DNA of 64,000 nt from Octopus bimaculoides (Eukaryota), in contig NC_069003.1 of the NCBI RefSeq assembly GCF_001194135.2, positions 31,031,705 to 31,095,704 on the forward strand, read 5' to 3'. The position numbers were made by a program, and so were the translations under genes. The notes beneath the pieces were generated by a model. That model did not search any database. It was not told where the DNA came from and worked only from the letters and a program-made list of their open reading frames with translations. This document shows, piece by piece, positions 25,587-40,611 of this stretch; position 1 is the first letter of the stretch, and each line of letters starts with the position of its first letter.

Positions 25587-25829
25587 GTGTGTGTGCGTGT
25601 ATATCTATATATATATAGATATATACACAGCGATGTGGATATGTGTATCTCTGAACATGTGCATGTGGTATAAGTAAACAAATAAAACACATTTTTTACC
25701 GTAAACATCATCTATCTTGTCATTTCCTGATGGAACATTTAACATGAAATATCATCACCCCCAGTCGAGTGTATTGTTTACAACAGAAAATGACAATAAT
25801 TACAGTAAAATTTAAAAAAAAAAAAAAAA

Positions 25830-25868
<39 letters not shown>

Positions 25869-25888
25869 TATTATTATTATTATGATAA

Positions 25889-26110
25889 TTCTTTTCTACT
25901 CTAGGCACAAGGCCTGAAATTTTGGGAGAGGTGGGGGCCAGTCGATTAGATCAATCCCAGTATGCAACTGGTACTTAATTTATCGACCCCGAAAGGATGA
26001 AAGGCAAAGTCAACCTAAGCAGAATTTGAACTCAGAATGTAAAAACAGATGAAATGCCACTAAGCATTTTGCCCAGTGAGCTAATGTTTCTGCCAGCTAG
26101 CTGCCTTCCC

Positions 26111-26188
<78 letters not shown>

Positions 26189-26402
26189 CAATGACAATAA
26201 TAATGCTTTCTACTGTAGGACAAGGCCTGAAATTTTGGATAAGAGGATAATGGATTACTCAACTGGTACTTATTTTATCAACCCTGAGAAGATGAAAGGC
26301 AAAGTTGCCCTCAGCGGAATTTGAACTCAGAACATAAGGACAGACGAAATACTGCTAAGCATTTTGCCTGGTGTCCTAGCAATTCTGCCAGCTTACTGCT
26401 TT
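25889..26402 (-). mobile_element. Two tandem SINE B copies embedded in (AAT)n tracts
   Basis: 25889-26107 and 26205-26402, each bounded by (AAT)n. Confidence 0.8.
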
Positions 26403-27300
26403 AGTAGTAGTAGTAGTAGTAATACACACACACTCACACAAACACATATCTGTCTATATACATACATACAGGCATACATGCATATATTTATCTGTCTATA
26501 TACATACATTTATATGTACACACTCTAATACAATAAACAGTTGCTTATATTGAAAAATACTCCAACATATATATGCATATAAGTGTGTATATATACATAC
26601 ACACTTATATATATATATGTATGTATGAATATATGAATATATATATACATATATACATGTAGATAGATAAATAGATAGATAGAGAGAGAGAGAGAGACAG
26701 ACAGAGAGACAGACAGATAGATAAATAGAAAAGTAGATAGATACATACATACAAACATACATAGATAGACAAACAGACACACACACATATATACACATGT
26801 ACATATATTTACACACCTTTGTGCGTACAGGCACACACATATTATATCACGTAAAGTTACAGTTAAACAGTTTCACTTTAAAGCTTCCTCAGACTACAAA
26901 GATGAAATACCTATGCAGCACTCATGATAAATTCTCCTCTCTTTTATTCCATTAAACCAAAGATTTCATTGCACTAGCTGAACAATTAAGCTTACCTATT
27001 CTAAGAAATATAACATATTTCTTCTTTTACAGTCCAATCGTCCTTTAAGATGAAATTGATAACTTTCATTTGCCAGTATATAAACTATATTTGTCTACAT
27101 TCCCCATTGATTTCTATATCTGTTGTTTAATCACAGCAGAACATATGAATAAATTTACCTGTCTGTCTTTCTGCCTGTCTGTCAGTCTGTCTATCCATCT
27201 GTCTGTCTGTCTGTCTGTCTGTCTATCAGTCTATCTATCTATCATTCTGTCTATCTATGTATCTATCATTTTATCTATCTATCTATGAATGTGTCTGTGC

Positions 27301-27390
<90 letters not shown>

Positions 27391-27399
27391 ATTGTGCAT

Positions 27400-27570
27400 T
27401 ACACAATGCCAGCACAGGTGCATTACAGAACGACAGCACAGGTGTGTTACACAATGCCAGCATAGGTGCTTTTTACATGGTGCCAATACCAGTGCTTTTT
27501 ACGTGGTGCTGGTGCAGGTGCTTTTCATGTGGCACTAGCATGGATGCTTCTTACATGGTGCTTTTTACAT
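27400..27570 (-). mobile_element. RTE tail fragment with internal tandem duplications
   Basis: Repeated ggtgcttttacatgg.gc units; homologous to other RTE tails in the window. Confidence 0.55.
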
Positions 27571-28802
27571 GGTGGATAGACGGAGACAGACAGGGGACAG
27601 AGATGTGGATCAGCTGCAACTCCATTCATTCGTTGTTTCACATGCTTAGGCTCCTCACCTCTACATTGCTGTTGTTGCTGTGGCCTCCTTATCCTCTGCC
27701 ATCATAGCTACTGCCTAGACGACACCTCTACCTCACTTCCAGCCCAATGACATCACAGTCACCTCTCCTCGCACATTCCCATGACCTACTTCATCCACTA
27801 GGTAATTCATATATGGTGGTAATTCCCTAAACTATGAAATCTATAAACTGGGTATAAATTAAAAAAGATGTAGTAAAAAAAATTCCAAATATCTTCTTAG
27901 TTCAGTATCAACATTTATTTAACAATTATAGTATTTAGATTTGTAAATAATTCACTAATGCACAAAAGATTCTGAGCTAAAACACCAGCATTCTTTGGGT
28001 TACAAAGAATAAGTGCTAGGGTTACAAAGAATAAGTCCTGGGGTTGATTTCTTCAACTAAAACTCTTTAAGGTGGAGCTCCAGTATGGAAACATGTAAAA
28101 GAATAAAGAAATAAATAAATCTGAAACAGTATTTCTTTTCACCAATTACGAACACAATGATCCAGTGGATTTTTGAGATGACAAAAAAAAAAAAAACTGC
28201 TGAAAACAAATCCGTTAGAAACCTTGTTTCTTTACCCTCCAATGTTTTCTATATCTCTCTTCTTATATTTATAATGATTATATAAGTTCTAGTTAAGTTT
28301 GAACTTTTCTTTTTGCAGTCAACAATGATAGATAACTCATCGATTATCTGAGAAAAGAATTGGAAAGCAGTGCAATGGCAACAGTAACAAATCATAATAG
28401 TATTTTCAAGAAAGATTTCCAAATTGAATTTCCTGTATCGTTCCTTTTGTTTCATCACATACAATACAACAATAGACAGTATTCAGATCGGTGTTAAAAC
28501 ATAGCATTATCATACAAGCATCTTATTATTTTTTATCCTTCCTTTCTCCATATCTATACTACTATGTCTATCCTTATTATCTTTCCAACCATTCCCAATG
28601 AAGGAGCTACAATGTGTTTTTTAATTTTCTTGAAACCACAGTGAAATCTCTCTAAAATTACACACAGCTATCTTTGAAAAGGCTGTGTTGGATAAGGTGT
28701 TCTATGCATGCGGGAAAAAGTTGAAGGATCACAGCTGGAAAATCTTTGCAGTCAGGATTAACCCAGAGTTAAACAACATCAACAGCAACTTCAATATAAC
28801 AT

Positions 28803-28955
28803 CAGGGCCATCTTAGCAATATAATAGGTCTCTAAGCAAATTAAAGCACTAGCCCATAGTAGTTACGCATAGATCAGGATTTGAGTCCCTAGGCTGGTGA
28901 GAGCCTTGGGCAACTGCCCAGGAGGCCTATGCCTTAAGATGGCAAGTTGGCCCTG
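28803..28955. mobile_element. hAT-type MITE
   Basis: TIR cagggcca…tggccctg; 8-bp flanks tataacat / tataacaa (7 of 8 identical), consistent with a hAT TSD. Confidence 0.7.
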
Positions 28956-29491
28956 TATAACAATGTATTCAGTGATAAGGGGTATATTTAGAAGTTGTTT
29001 AGCCCCAAGTCATTCTTGACCAAACAGACATATAACCAAAGGTTCCAGCCATGACCATCATGTCAATCTTTTTTTTTTCTCAGATATCATAGTGAGAGAA
29101 GGAAGGACAGGGTATATTACCTTTATCATCATCTCTGAGACTGGCAGCAAGAAGTAGGCTTTAAAATGCTTATATTATTAGATTAGTATTTTGGATATAA
29201 TTTTCTATGTGTACTCCAGTAAATAAGGTTGTCCTGTTTTTTAGCTGGAACATAGATTGACGTAGAACAGTGTACTAGACAGGGTGAGTGGGCAGTTGAA
29301 TTCACATGTGTGCAAAAGGCCAGTGGAAGATGGATAGAGATGGAGATAGTAAAATCATACTTATATCAAAGCAGCAAAGAAGTCTCCGTGTGTTCACTCA
29401 ACTTACAAGAAATAGCAGCTAAGTAGCCTTTATTCTGAGCTGACAATGAAACCTTTGTGGGATCATTTTGAGTTAATAGATATATCAATTT

Positions 29492-29706
29492 AAAGGTGGT
29501 GAGTTGGCAGAAACGTTAGCACATCGGGCGAAATGCTTAGCAATATTTCTTCTGTCTTACGTTCTGAGTTCAAATTCCGCCAAGGTTGACTTTGCTTTCA
29601 TCCTATTGGGGCCGGTAAATTAAGTACCAGTTGCGTACTGGAGTGAATCTAATTGGCTGGCCTACTCCCCCCAAATTTCAGGCCTTGTGCCTAGAGTAGA
29701 AAAGAT
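29492..29706 (+). mobile_element. Full-length SINE family B
   Basis: Head ggcagaaacgttagc…gttctgagttcaaattccgcc, CORE-like block, tail aaatttcaggccttgtgcctagagtagaaa. Confidence 0.85.
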
Positions 29707-30347
29707 ATATCAACTCAAAAATGAAAAAGCAAAATTGAATTATGTTGTCATAGAAACACTTTGGAATGTTTTTAATTATGTAGTTGTCTAGATATCCCAG
29801 GGCTTAATGACAGTTAAACCACTAGAAACATAGAGGATACTGTAATGCAAAAACTACTTACCTGGGGCAGAATTTATATCTCGTTAGTCTCAAATTATAG
29901 CCTGACACAATTCCAGTTTAAGAAGTATATCTTATGAAATATATTAATAAAAATGTTTACATAAAAATTCGGTGAATTCCATATCTGTTTTGAATTCCTT
30001 GATTACAAATTCAAATTTTGCTATCCTGCCTCATGCTGTGAGGAGATAATTACCTCCCTTCGTATTAACCAGCCACCCAGAGGGCTCTACATGTGTGTTT
30101 GAAAAATTATATTTTTCTTCCCAAATGGATGTACTTTTATAGAATTTTGATTTTTACCATTTTCATGTTTACTAAGAATTTGCTTTCAAACATTATAGCA
30201 CACAAGTCACTAAGCTAAAATATAAGTTTTATGCAGAGCTAGTTAGAGGCATGCATTTTGGGTTTTGTAGGTGAACACCATATAGCAAATGCATAAATGT
30301 GACAGAATTTGAAACCATTACTATTATTACTATTATTATAATTATTA

Positions 30348-30394
<47 letters not shown>

Positions 30395-30396
<2 letters not shown>

Positions 30397-30750
30397 GACA
30401 GTGAGCTGGCAGAATCATTAGTATGCCAGGTGAAATGCTTAGTGGCATTCATGTTTTAAGGATCGATAAAATAAGTACCATTTGAGCTATGGGAGTCGAT
30501 ATAGCCAACTAGTACCCTCCCACCAAAATTTCAGGCCCTTATTATAATTAAAGCAGCATGCTGGCAGAATCGCTAGAATACTAGACAAAATGCTTAGCAG
30601 TATTTCATTAGTCTCTATGTTCTGAGTTCAAATTCTTCTGAGGTCAACTTTGTTTTACATCATTTTTGGGGATGATAAAATAAGTACCAGTTGAGTACTG
30701 GAGTATGATGTAATCAACTAGCCCCATGTCCTAGAATTTCAGGACTTGTG
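30395..30750 (+). mobile_element. Two tandem SINE B copies following an (ATT)n tract
   Basis: 30395-30540 (internally deleted) and 30552-30750. Confidence 0.75.
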
Positions 30751-31748
30751 AAGGGTTCATTTTTATTAACGAATGACAATAATTACATGAGATAATACTG
30801 TATCTGTACCATTAGCAGGTCCTCTCAGACTGCCAAGATAATTGCGATCTTCACAACTTCACTTTGTGTGCACTGTGTGTATGTGTATGTGTGTGTGAGT
30901 GTGTGTGTGTGTGCGTGTGTGTGTGCCTGTGTGTGTGCATGCAAAATCTCGTGGAAATCGAAACTGAAAATTCTGTATGTGGTAATTTGGTCTTTTAATT
31001 TTTAGATTTTATGGAATAAAAACATCATTCCATTTATCATTTATCAATTTATTGGTTTCCATTTAGCTAAAGGAATATTTTGACATTTTGTATGATGGAC
31101 TGAAGTATTGGCACTTTGTATAATATATGCAATTAGTATATGAAGAAATTGATGCTTGAAAATGTGCATGCACGCAAATGCACACATATATGATATATAT
31201 ACATATATATATATATNNNNNNNNNNTATACACACACACATATATACATGTACATCTATATAGCTACATATATATACATAGATGTGTGTATGTATGTATA
31301 TATATATATATTGTATAGATACATGCATATCTATAGACACTCACACATTCTCATAGTGTTCTTGCATAAAATTAAAAACTGAGGGAAAAAAAGTGAGTCA
31401 ATAAAACCCCACCCCGCCCCCACAAAAAAAATCAATGAAACAGATAGACAAAAAAAAGAAACAAATTAGAAAAAATCATCTTTCCATGTCTTTTTTTCCT
31501 CCCTAAAGAAACATTGATATTTAGGTCATGATGCTGTTCAATAGCAAAAAGAAAAAAAAAATTAATAATAATAGTAATAATAAATAATAGTAATAAGCTT
31601 CTGTTTTTGGGTGTCTTTTTTATGTTATTATTTTCTACTGCCACTAATGGCATTAAATATTCAAAAGAACTTTGTATTCACTTTCACATTAGCTATATGT
31701 ATCTAGGTAATAAGTTATTCTTTTTAAAAAAGGCAATGTAATATATAT

Positions 31749-31802
<54 letters not shown>

Positions 31803-32339
31803 TCTACACACCCACATATACAGGCAATATTTTATATNNNNNNNNNNNNNNNNNNNNNNNNNNNNNNNNNNNNNNNNNNNNNNNNNNNNNNNNNNNNNNN
31901 NNNNNNNNNNNNNNNNNNNNNNNNNNNNNNNNNNNNNNNNNNTATATATGGGTAATGTAGTACTGAATCCTATTTTTCCCATTAATGCTAAATAGAAACT
32001 TGGGGAGAAAAGAAAAAAACAAAACAAGAAATTTTTTCATGAATATTCTTCAAAATGTGATAAACAACACAGAATAATTAATCTTTACAGTTTTTATTTC
32101 CTCATCTAATACAGAAATACTATGTTTTTAAAGCAATGTTTTGCGCCTTCTTGGCAATATTCTACATATAAACTCTCCAGTTGAATGAACTTCCTTGTCG
32201 TGCATAATTCAGAAATGCCTTATATAGTTAAATAAAATGGCTTGTTATGCATAATTCAGAAATTGCCTTATATATTTATATATATATATATCTTGTTATA
32301 TATATATATGTCTTTTTATATATATGTATGTCTTTTATT

Positions 32340-32775
32340 TTTTACTTGTGCCAGTCATTAGACTATGGCCATACATCAAGAATTTTAGTCAAGTGAATCA
32401 ATCCCTGTACTTCTCTTCTTTTTTGTTTTTGTAAAACCTGGTACTTTATTCTATCAATCTCTTTTACCAAACTACTTAGTGGGATGGAAACATACCGACA
32501 CTGGTTGTCAGGCAGTGGGTGGGAGACAAACACAAACACACATGCGCATGCATATACTGACACTCTGTCGCTTACAACATTGAGGGTTTCAGTTGATCCA
32601 ATCAATAGAACAGCCTGCTAGTGAAATTAATGTGTATGTGGCTGAGTACTCCACAGACATGTGTACCCTTAATGTAGTTCTCGGGGAGATTCAGCATGAC
32701 ACAGAGTCTGACAAGGCCGGCCCCTTTGAAATACAGGTACTACTCATTTTTGCCAGCTGAGTGGACTGGAGCAAC
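32340..32775 (-). mobile_element. SINE A 3' half (32340-32560) and SINE family D (MIR/CORE-like; 32578-32775)
   Basis: Family D homologous to 37130-37385 and 42865-43000. Confidence 0.65.
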
Positions 32776-33202
32776 AGTGAGAAACAGAAACACACAAAAA
32801 AAAGAAAGAAATTAGAAAAAAATCGTCTTTCCATGTGTTTTTCCCCTTCCCCCCTAAAGAAACATTGATTACGAGTGAGAAAGTCTATGTTAAAGCCTAT
32901 AGAAAATATATATTATACTATAATAACATAGTAAGCACAAATGGCATTTAAAACTTAAGAAAGTTGTTTTGGTAGAATTTTATTTAATGTAGTCATAAAA
33001 GATTACATCATAATATCAGGAAAAATTATCAACAGGTAAGATTTTAAATAGTCCTCCTGGACATAGCCAACATTTGTTAGACCAATCTACAATGTTACTT
33101 TATTTCACTCTGAGCTCTATGTGTTTATACCAAGCCATTTTCTGGCATCTTACATGTTGGTGTGCCTTGATTCTTAAGGAATCCTTATAACCAAATCATA
33201 TG

Positions 33203-33262
<60 letters not shown>

Positions 33263-34609
33263 CATATACATAGATATGTGTATATACATATGCATATATA
33301 TATACATATATGTACGTATGTATGTATGTATGTATGTATGTATATCTTATGATACTTTCTATAATTTTAGATAAACAAAGAATAGTGTTTACTCTCATGA
33401 ACTGCAATAGACACTGGGAAAACTTATTGATTAGTAAAATAATCGATTTGTTGTAATTATGCAAATTACTCCAGTGTTTGCAAAAAAATTTTTTTTTTTC
33501 AAAGAAAATATTCAAAATCTCAGAGTAAAATTTTTTACATCATGAATTTCTTTCTTTATTTGTGATTTGTCTATGAAGCTTAACCAGAAATATCTTTTGA
33601 ATAGCTAGGATGCTAAAATTTCCAGTGAATCAACATTTAATATGCTTCATCATACACTCAGTATCTCATCCATAATAGGGTCACATTAGACATACGGCAC
33701 TTCTTTGGTAGGTTTAAGACTGAAAAATGTGTTTTATACACTGGAATATACAGTAGCTAGAGTGTCAAGCAGAGAAGCCCTCGAGTTTTCCCCCAAAGTC
33801 CCAGGCCCCCAAGTCTATACAGGCTTGTACAGCAGACCCAAAAGTATTATCCCCACAAAAGCATTACCTGGGCATATGCCCCACCTCTTGACCCACCCAC
33901 TTTCTAGCCACACCTCTGATTATTATTCATTTAAAAACTCAAATGTGCATGTCTATTTCACTTTCTGGCTTGTGATGTTTCTATTGCTCTAAAAGTCAGA
34001 TAAAGAAGTTCTGAGTGACATTTGTTAGTCAATGAACTGGAGCAAAAATAGAAGTCCATTTTCTTTATTTTTTTAGGTCTCGCTTTACTTTTTTTTTTTT
34101 CTTTTCCAATATTAATAACAAAACATTCTTGAATAATTAATGCATATAATTCTGTTAGTAGAGTTTGCTAATCTGTGTTAATGGAATTATTTCACACACC
34201 TACTCAAACACACACATGGAATACAGAAAAGCTATTTCTAAATATTGATTTCTAGCTTTAGCACTAAAGGGATGGTAGTGAGAGGGTGTGCTGTTCACAC
34301 TTTTCTAAAGGACTTCACTGACTTATGATGCTGTTGCTGTTTAGCTCCAGGTCAGCCCTGACTGAGTAGAATTATGATCAAAGGTGTTTCAGCAATGACC
34401 ATTGTACTTTTTATCCAATACATATCGAATGTGTTTCTATCTATTTTATTTATTTATTTTTTTTTGGTTCATGACTGTAAGGTTTGATTTGAATAAAAGT
34501 TACTAGCCTTTCTAGCATGTCAAAATGACTACATAGGGAGTCCCTCCATTTTTAATCGATGGAAACTGAATAAGATGCAAAAACTACCATAAGAACAATT
34601 TTATAAAAC

Positions 34610-34640
<31 letters not shown>

Positions 34641-37129
34641 NNNNNNNNNNNNNNNNNNNNNNNNNNNNNNNNNNNNNNNNNNNAAATTTTGGCACAAAGC
34701 TAGCAATTTCAGGGGAGGGAGCTAGTCAAGCCCCCAAGTCTATACAGGCTTGTACAGCAGACTCCAAAGTATTATCCCCATAAAAGCATTACCTGGTCAT
34801 ATGTCCCACCTCTTGAGCCACCCACTTTCTAACCACACCTCTGATTATTACTATACATAAAGACACTTATCAATTCGAATGGCTATATGGGGTCCACCAG
34901 AATAAAGTAGTAATCAAGGGGATCCATAGATTTAAAAAATGGTTGAGAACCCCTGATATAAACAAAAGGATTTCAAAGTCTGTTACAATTATAAAGTTTA
35001 CCAAGAGGGTAAACATCTTTAAGGAAAAAAAATGACATTTTATTGAATCATTTAAGAGTTAAGGTGTTTGATGCTAAGATTAGGGCATTATTTGAAGAGT
35101 TAACTGCTTCTTCTAGCAGATCAAGTAACCCTGTAGAGGCTTCCTGACATTTAGCAGCATTTACTAGCATGCCAGTATCAATGTAATTATAGCTGGAACT
35201 TTAAGAAGCTTCAGAATGAAGATCTATTCCGGAAGACAAGGAAGGAAGCAGCCACTTTATGACAGCAAAAATATAAAAAATTTAAAAAAAAAATTTTAAT
35301 TAAAAATAGAAATAAAAAAATTATAACAATAGCAATAATGGAATAGCAATAATACTAATACTAATACTAATTATAATAACAACAACCCCACAAAAATAAC
35401 AATCACAATTTCCATAACTAATAGTTATGGAAATTGTGAGTGTGCATCGAAGATAAATTGTAAAGAACTATTGTCAATGATTAATTATAGCATCAGATGT
35501 AATTAAGATTTCTGTTATAATTTAAATAATTTTTTCTTTTAATCCCTCTAATTAATGTTAAATCACAGACACAATTATTGAATACTTTTGCAATTTAATC
35601 TTTATATTTTAAATATATTCGTTACATTTTTACATCTCTTTTTGAATAAATATATCAATTTTTAAAATTTGTGACTGGAATGTATGTATTTTTATTTTAG
35701 TATTTTTATATATTTTTGCATATATTTTTACTTCAAAATTTTAGTATTTTTCCTATAAAATAATTTTTGGCTCATAAAAGCTACAATAGATTTATATTCA
35801 TATGACTGTCTGATCAAGAAGTTCACTTCCTAAATATATGCTTTGAGGTTCAGGCCCCATGGGTTTTCTAGTATATGATTAGCTCCAGGACAATCAAAAC
35901 CTTGTGAGTGGATTTGGTAGGTGGAAACTGAAAGAAACCCGTCGTGTATATATATCTTTTATTGTTTATATGTTTCAGCCATAAGACTGCGGCCATGCTG
36001 GAGCACTGCTTTGAAGAATTTCAGTCAAATGAATTGACCCCAGTACATAGACCCCACTAGTCATACAATGTTTAAAAACTACGTTTATATATTTGTTTTG
36101 TTTTATAGAAACTTCTTTCAAAATACCCATTTTGTTTTTCACACATTAACTTGTGTAGGTTGAACTATATAAAACATGATTCCCAACTATATATTTTTTT
36201 TAATTTCTGGAGCCCTTTGAAATACTATTTTATTCTGGTGGACCCCACCATAGTCATTTAATGTTTAAAAACTAGTTTTATAGAAACTTCTTTCAAAATT
36301 CCTATTTTGTTTTTCACACATTAACTTGTGTAGCTTAAACTATGTAAAATGTTAGAGAAAGAGATCTGATTGTTTCTTGCAATACATATCAATATATACA
36401 TATGGAGCAAAAATTTTTTCAGGGGCCCTTAAAATACTATTGTGGGTCCCTAATTTACTATTTTCTTGTGTGCCATCCCCACAAGGCAATCAGATATGGA
36501 CCCTGTTTGAGAACCATTACCCTATACTATACTATTCAATGTGTCTTGTTCAAAGAATTAGATGTAATTCATTGAAGATTTGGCTGATATTTCTAGCAAT
36601 TCAATTGACCATGTAGAAGCTCCTTTAAAGAATTGTGTTTTGCATAAGGTCAATGTGACACTGAAGACAACTAAAAGTGTATTATTGCTGCTGTCTCTTT
36701 AAAATCTAAATGTCATTCGCTAATTTATGAATGGAAAGTACAACCGAATAATGGTAAGCTTCTAAATACACAATCCAGTGTTTGAATTGTCATTTAGAAC
36801 AGCTACGACCTTAATACATCAACATCTAAAGATAATGAATGGAATTATACCTGTGTTTGATATGCTAGCTCGTACAACAACCCTATTGTAACCGATATAA
36901 TAAAAGTTCCATAAAAGTGGCAAATTATCAAAGCCATTAAGGTAGTGGATGGAATTCCTTGTGGTATTTTTCTAGCTCTCTGCACTTTAGGTCCGAATCC
37001 TGCCTAGGTCAACTTAGCTTTTCATCTTTTGGAGGGGTCAATAAAAAAATTCCCAGTCTATGACAATGGACTGATGAAATTGTTTGAGAATCAGGCGAAC
37101 TGCCTTGTGGTGTCTATTCTTGTTCATTG

Positions 37130-37655
37130 TGAAGGTGGATGTATTTGGCTCATGGTCATAAGGTTGTGAGTTCAATTTCTAGCAGCACATTGTGTTATTG
37201 AGCAAGACACTTTATTTCATGTTGCTCCGGTCCATTCAGCTGTTAAAAATGAGTTGATCCTATAATCCATAGGGGCCAGCCTTGTCGCATTCTGTATCAT
37301 GCTGAATCTACTTGAGAACTTCGTTAGGGGCACCTGTCTCTGTGGATTACTCAACCACTTGCACGTTCATTTCACATGCAGGCACTCTTGGCAGTACATT
37401 GTGTCCTTGAGCAAGATCCTATAATAATGATAATTATAGTCTTTTCTATTATAGGCACAAAGCCTGAAGTTTGAGGGAGGGAGTAGTTGATTACATCGAC
37501 CCCAGTGCTCAACTGGTACTTAATTTATTCACTTTGAAAGGACAAAAGGCAAAGTTGCCCTCGGCAGAATTTGAACCCAGAACGTAAAAAACGAATGAAA
37601 GGCTGCTGAGCATTTTGCCAGGCACAGTAACATTTCATCCAGATCACCACCTTAA
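37130..37655. mobile_element. SINE D (+) 37130-37385 and SINE B (-) 37438-37655
   Basis: tRNA-like head with ttgagcaagacacttt MIR-like core; SINE B hallmarks in reverse. Confidence 0.7.
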
Positions 37656-37957
37656 ATAATAATAATGATGATGATGGTGATGGTGATGATGATGATGATG
37701 ATGATGGTGATGATGATAAATGAATTTCTATGGTAGAATCATGTTAAAGCTATTTTATATCTATGATATAAAAATGAAAGTAATAACAAAATAATATATA
37801 CGTATTTTGATGGTAATTCGATTTTTTTTCAGTGAAATATCAAATTCAAGATTATTTATGAACAGCAGACATCAGAATGTTTTCTCCTTTCTTTTAATTA
37901 GTTTTAGCTAATTTTTTGTTTTATGAGACAAGGCAGAGATATAGAGAGATACAAGCA

Positions 37958-38645
37958 CAGGTGTGGCTGTGTGATAAGAAGCTTGCTTTTTTTCAACCAT
38001 GTGGGCTTCGGTTCAGCTCCACTGTACAGCACCTTGGGCAAGTATCTTCATCTTTTACTATATAGCCTTGAGATGAAACAAAAGACTTGTGAGTGGATTT
38101 GGTAGGTGGAAACTAAAAGCAGCCTGTCATGTGTGTGTGTGTGTGTGGTTTTATGGTTGTCCCCCCATCCCACCAATTGACAATAGGTGCTGGTTTGCAT
38201 CCGTCCAGTAACTTAGCAGTTTGGCAAAAGACACCAATAGAATATGTACCACATTAAAAAAAAAAAAAATAGGTAGCTGTCTAGTAAGAAGCTTGCTTCC
38301 CAACCATATGTTTCCAAGTTCAGTCCCACTACATGGCACCTTGGGCAAGTGTCTTCTACTATAGTCTCAGGCTGACCAATGCTTTGTGAATGGATTGGTA
38401 GATGGAAACTGAAAGAAGCCTGTTGCATAGGTGTGTGTGTGTGTTTGTTTGTCCCCCCACTACTGTTTGGCAACCAGTGTTGGTGTGTTTACATCCCTGT
38501 AATGTAGTGGTTCGGCAAAAGAGACCAATGGAATAAACACCAGGTTTAACAAGACAGAATTGCCAGGGTTGATTCATTTGAATAAAAATTCTTCAAGGTG
38601 GTGCTCCAGCATGGCCACAGTATAATGACTGAAACAAATAAAAGC
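37958..38645 (+). mobile_element. Two tandem SINE A copies (37958-38250, 38272-38645)
   Basis: Both show head, internal (GT)n and 3' body. Confidence 0.8.
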
Positions 38646-39487
38646 GAGAGGATAAACAGAACAGGGCTCAATATGTTTAACAAAACTCTTGTAGTTGGTG
38701 ATGATGATGATGATGATCATCATCATCATCATTATCCTCCTTCTCCTCTTTACCATCCGTGTGCTCTTCCTCCTCCTTCTCCTCTTTACCATCCATGTGC
38801 TCTTCCTCCTCCTTCTCCTCCTCATCCTCCTCTTTATCTTCATTGTGCCTTTCATCCTGCTCCTCTTCAATATCCTCACTCTCCCCATCGTCCTCCTCCT
38901 CATCTTCCCCTTTTCTCATCCTCTCCATCATCATCATAATCATCATCACTTAATGCCCATGTTTCACACTTGCATAGGGTTAGATAGTACAAAAATACTT
39001 AGGGCTGCTTATGGGCATTGAACTCGTACCTTCTGTTTAAAAAAACAGCTGTACTACCATTGCACCTGGAGCTAAACCAACAAAACGCATGGCACCAATT
39101 TCAATTGATTACAACATGAGTTCAATTCCTCACTAATCCCGACATCAACATCGACTCTGAATGAGTCAAGAACATGAAATGGCTGTGATTGAAGTCAATT
39201 ATCTGGAACATTCTAACATTTATTGTCAGTTGTTCAGCCATAAAAATAACTCTTTTCAAACAACTTAGATTATAACTAATAAATGTTTAGATTTTGTGCT
39301 GAGATAAATGATTCTCAATGGGATACATTATTATTACCATTATTATTATTGTTAATATTATTATTATTATTATTATTATTTGTGAAACAGAATTTTCCTT
39401 TTAGCTGTCATTAGTAACTTATCTCCGTTCCCTGCTTTGACTTCGGAATAAGTTTAACAACCAGCCAATCGTTACTAGTCACTGTTG

Positions 39488-39528
<41 letters not shown>

Positions 39529-40611
39529 TTACTGCTACTACTACTACTGTTACTACTACTACTACTACTAAAACAGTTGTGTCTGCACTTACACCACCAC
39601 CACTACCAACCTCACTACCACTGCTACTCCTACTTTTGTATCTGTAGTTACAACACTTGTGCACCCGACGCTTCTAATAGCCTGTTAAATATGTATGTCA
39701 TGCACTCAGACACACACACGTTCTCTCACACATGCACACACACACACACACGTGCTGTGTTGCTGTCGGAATAATACAGACGAGATTGAAAACATCTTCT
39801 TTAAAAGTATGCTTCTTTACAATTGAAATAAAAAATGTTAAAAATATCAAATAAATTTCGCTCACATCTAAAACATGTACAGCACACAGATAGCGTAATT
39901 CATCATCATCATCATCGTCGTTGTCGTCACCACCATCATCATCACTATCGCAAGGTGGCTGACAAAGCTGACTCTTTGAAATACAAGTACATTTCAGTTT
40001 TGCCAGCCAAATGGACTAGAGTACCATAAAATAAAGTGTCTTGCTCAAGGACATAAGGCACTGCCAGATATTGAAATCACAACCTTACGAATGTGATTTG
40101 AATCTCTTAACTACTAAACCACTTGCCTCTACATACATACATACATACATATGCATATAACTATGCATACATTAACAGTCTCTGGACGTTTATTGAATTA
40201 TGATTTTCCTTTAATCTTCATCTATAACTAACAGGCATCTAAAGAAAGTTTTCCCTCTCTTTAATATGTAATAATGTACATTTAAAGACTCCATAAAGTA
40301 AATTATCCATAACACTATTGTAATTAACAGTTATTGATCTGAGGTTCCAAAGCAATCAGTGCTGTTCCTTCGAGCATATATCTCCATATTTTCGGAAAAA
40401 AAAAATCACGTTTGGAAATATTACTTCAAACCAGTGTTACATCAGTCTACTACATGCATACAGCTATTGGGTCATCCCATAGATAATGTGTTTTTTTTTA
40501 TTTTTGCAATTGCGTGAACTAAAAGTTGGAGGGGGATGGGATAAACTACCTGCATCAACTTTGTACTTATTCTTAGTGCAAGTTTTGAAGAATGCAGTTC
40601 GATTTTAAACA

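Noticed and set aside
26860-26900. CUGAGGA…GAAAC hammerhead-like words on minus
   Set aside because: Stem I does not pair and stem III has a 1-nt loop; likely a chance match in AT-rich DNA.
26985-27020. ttcttagaatAG|GTAAGC on minus
   Set aside because: Upstream sequence is purine-rich, so the acceptor is weak.
29245-29283. Plus-strand exon-like segment (ttttag…AGG|gtgagt)
   Set aside because: Stops in all three frames and no partner exons.
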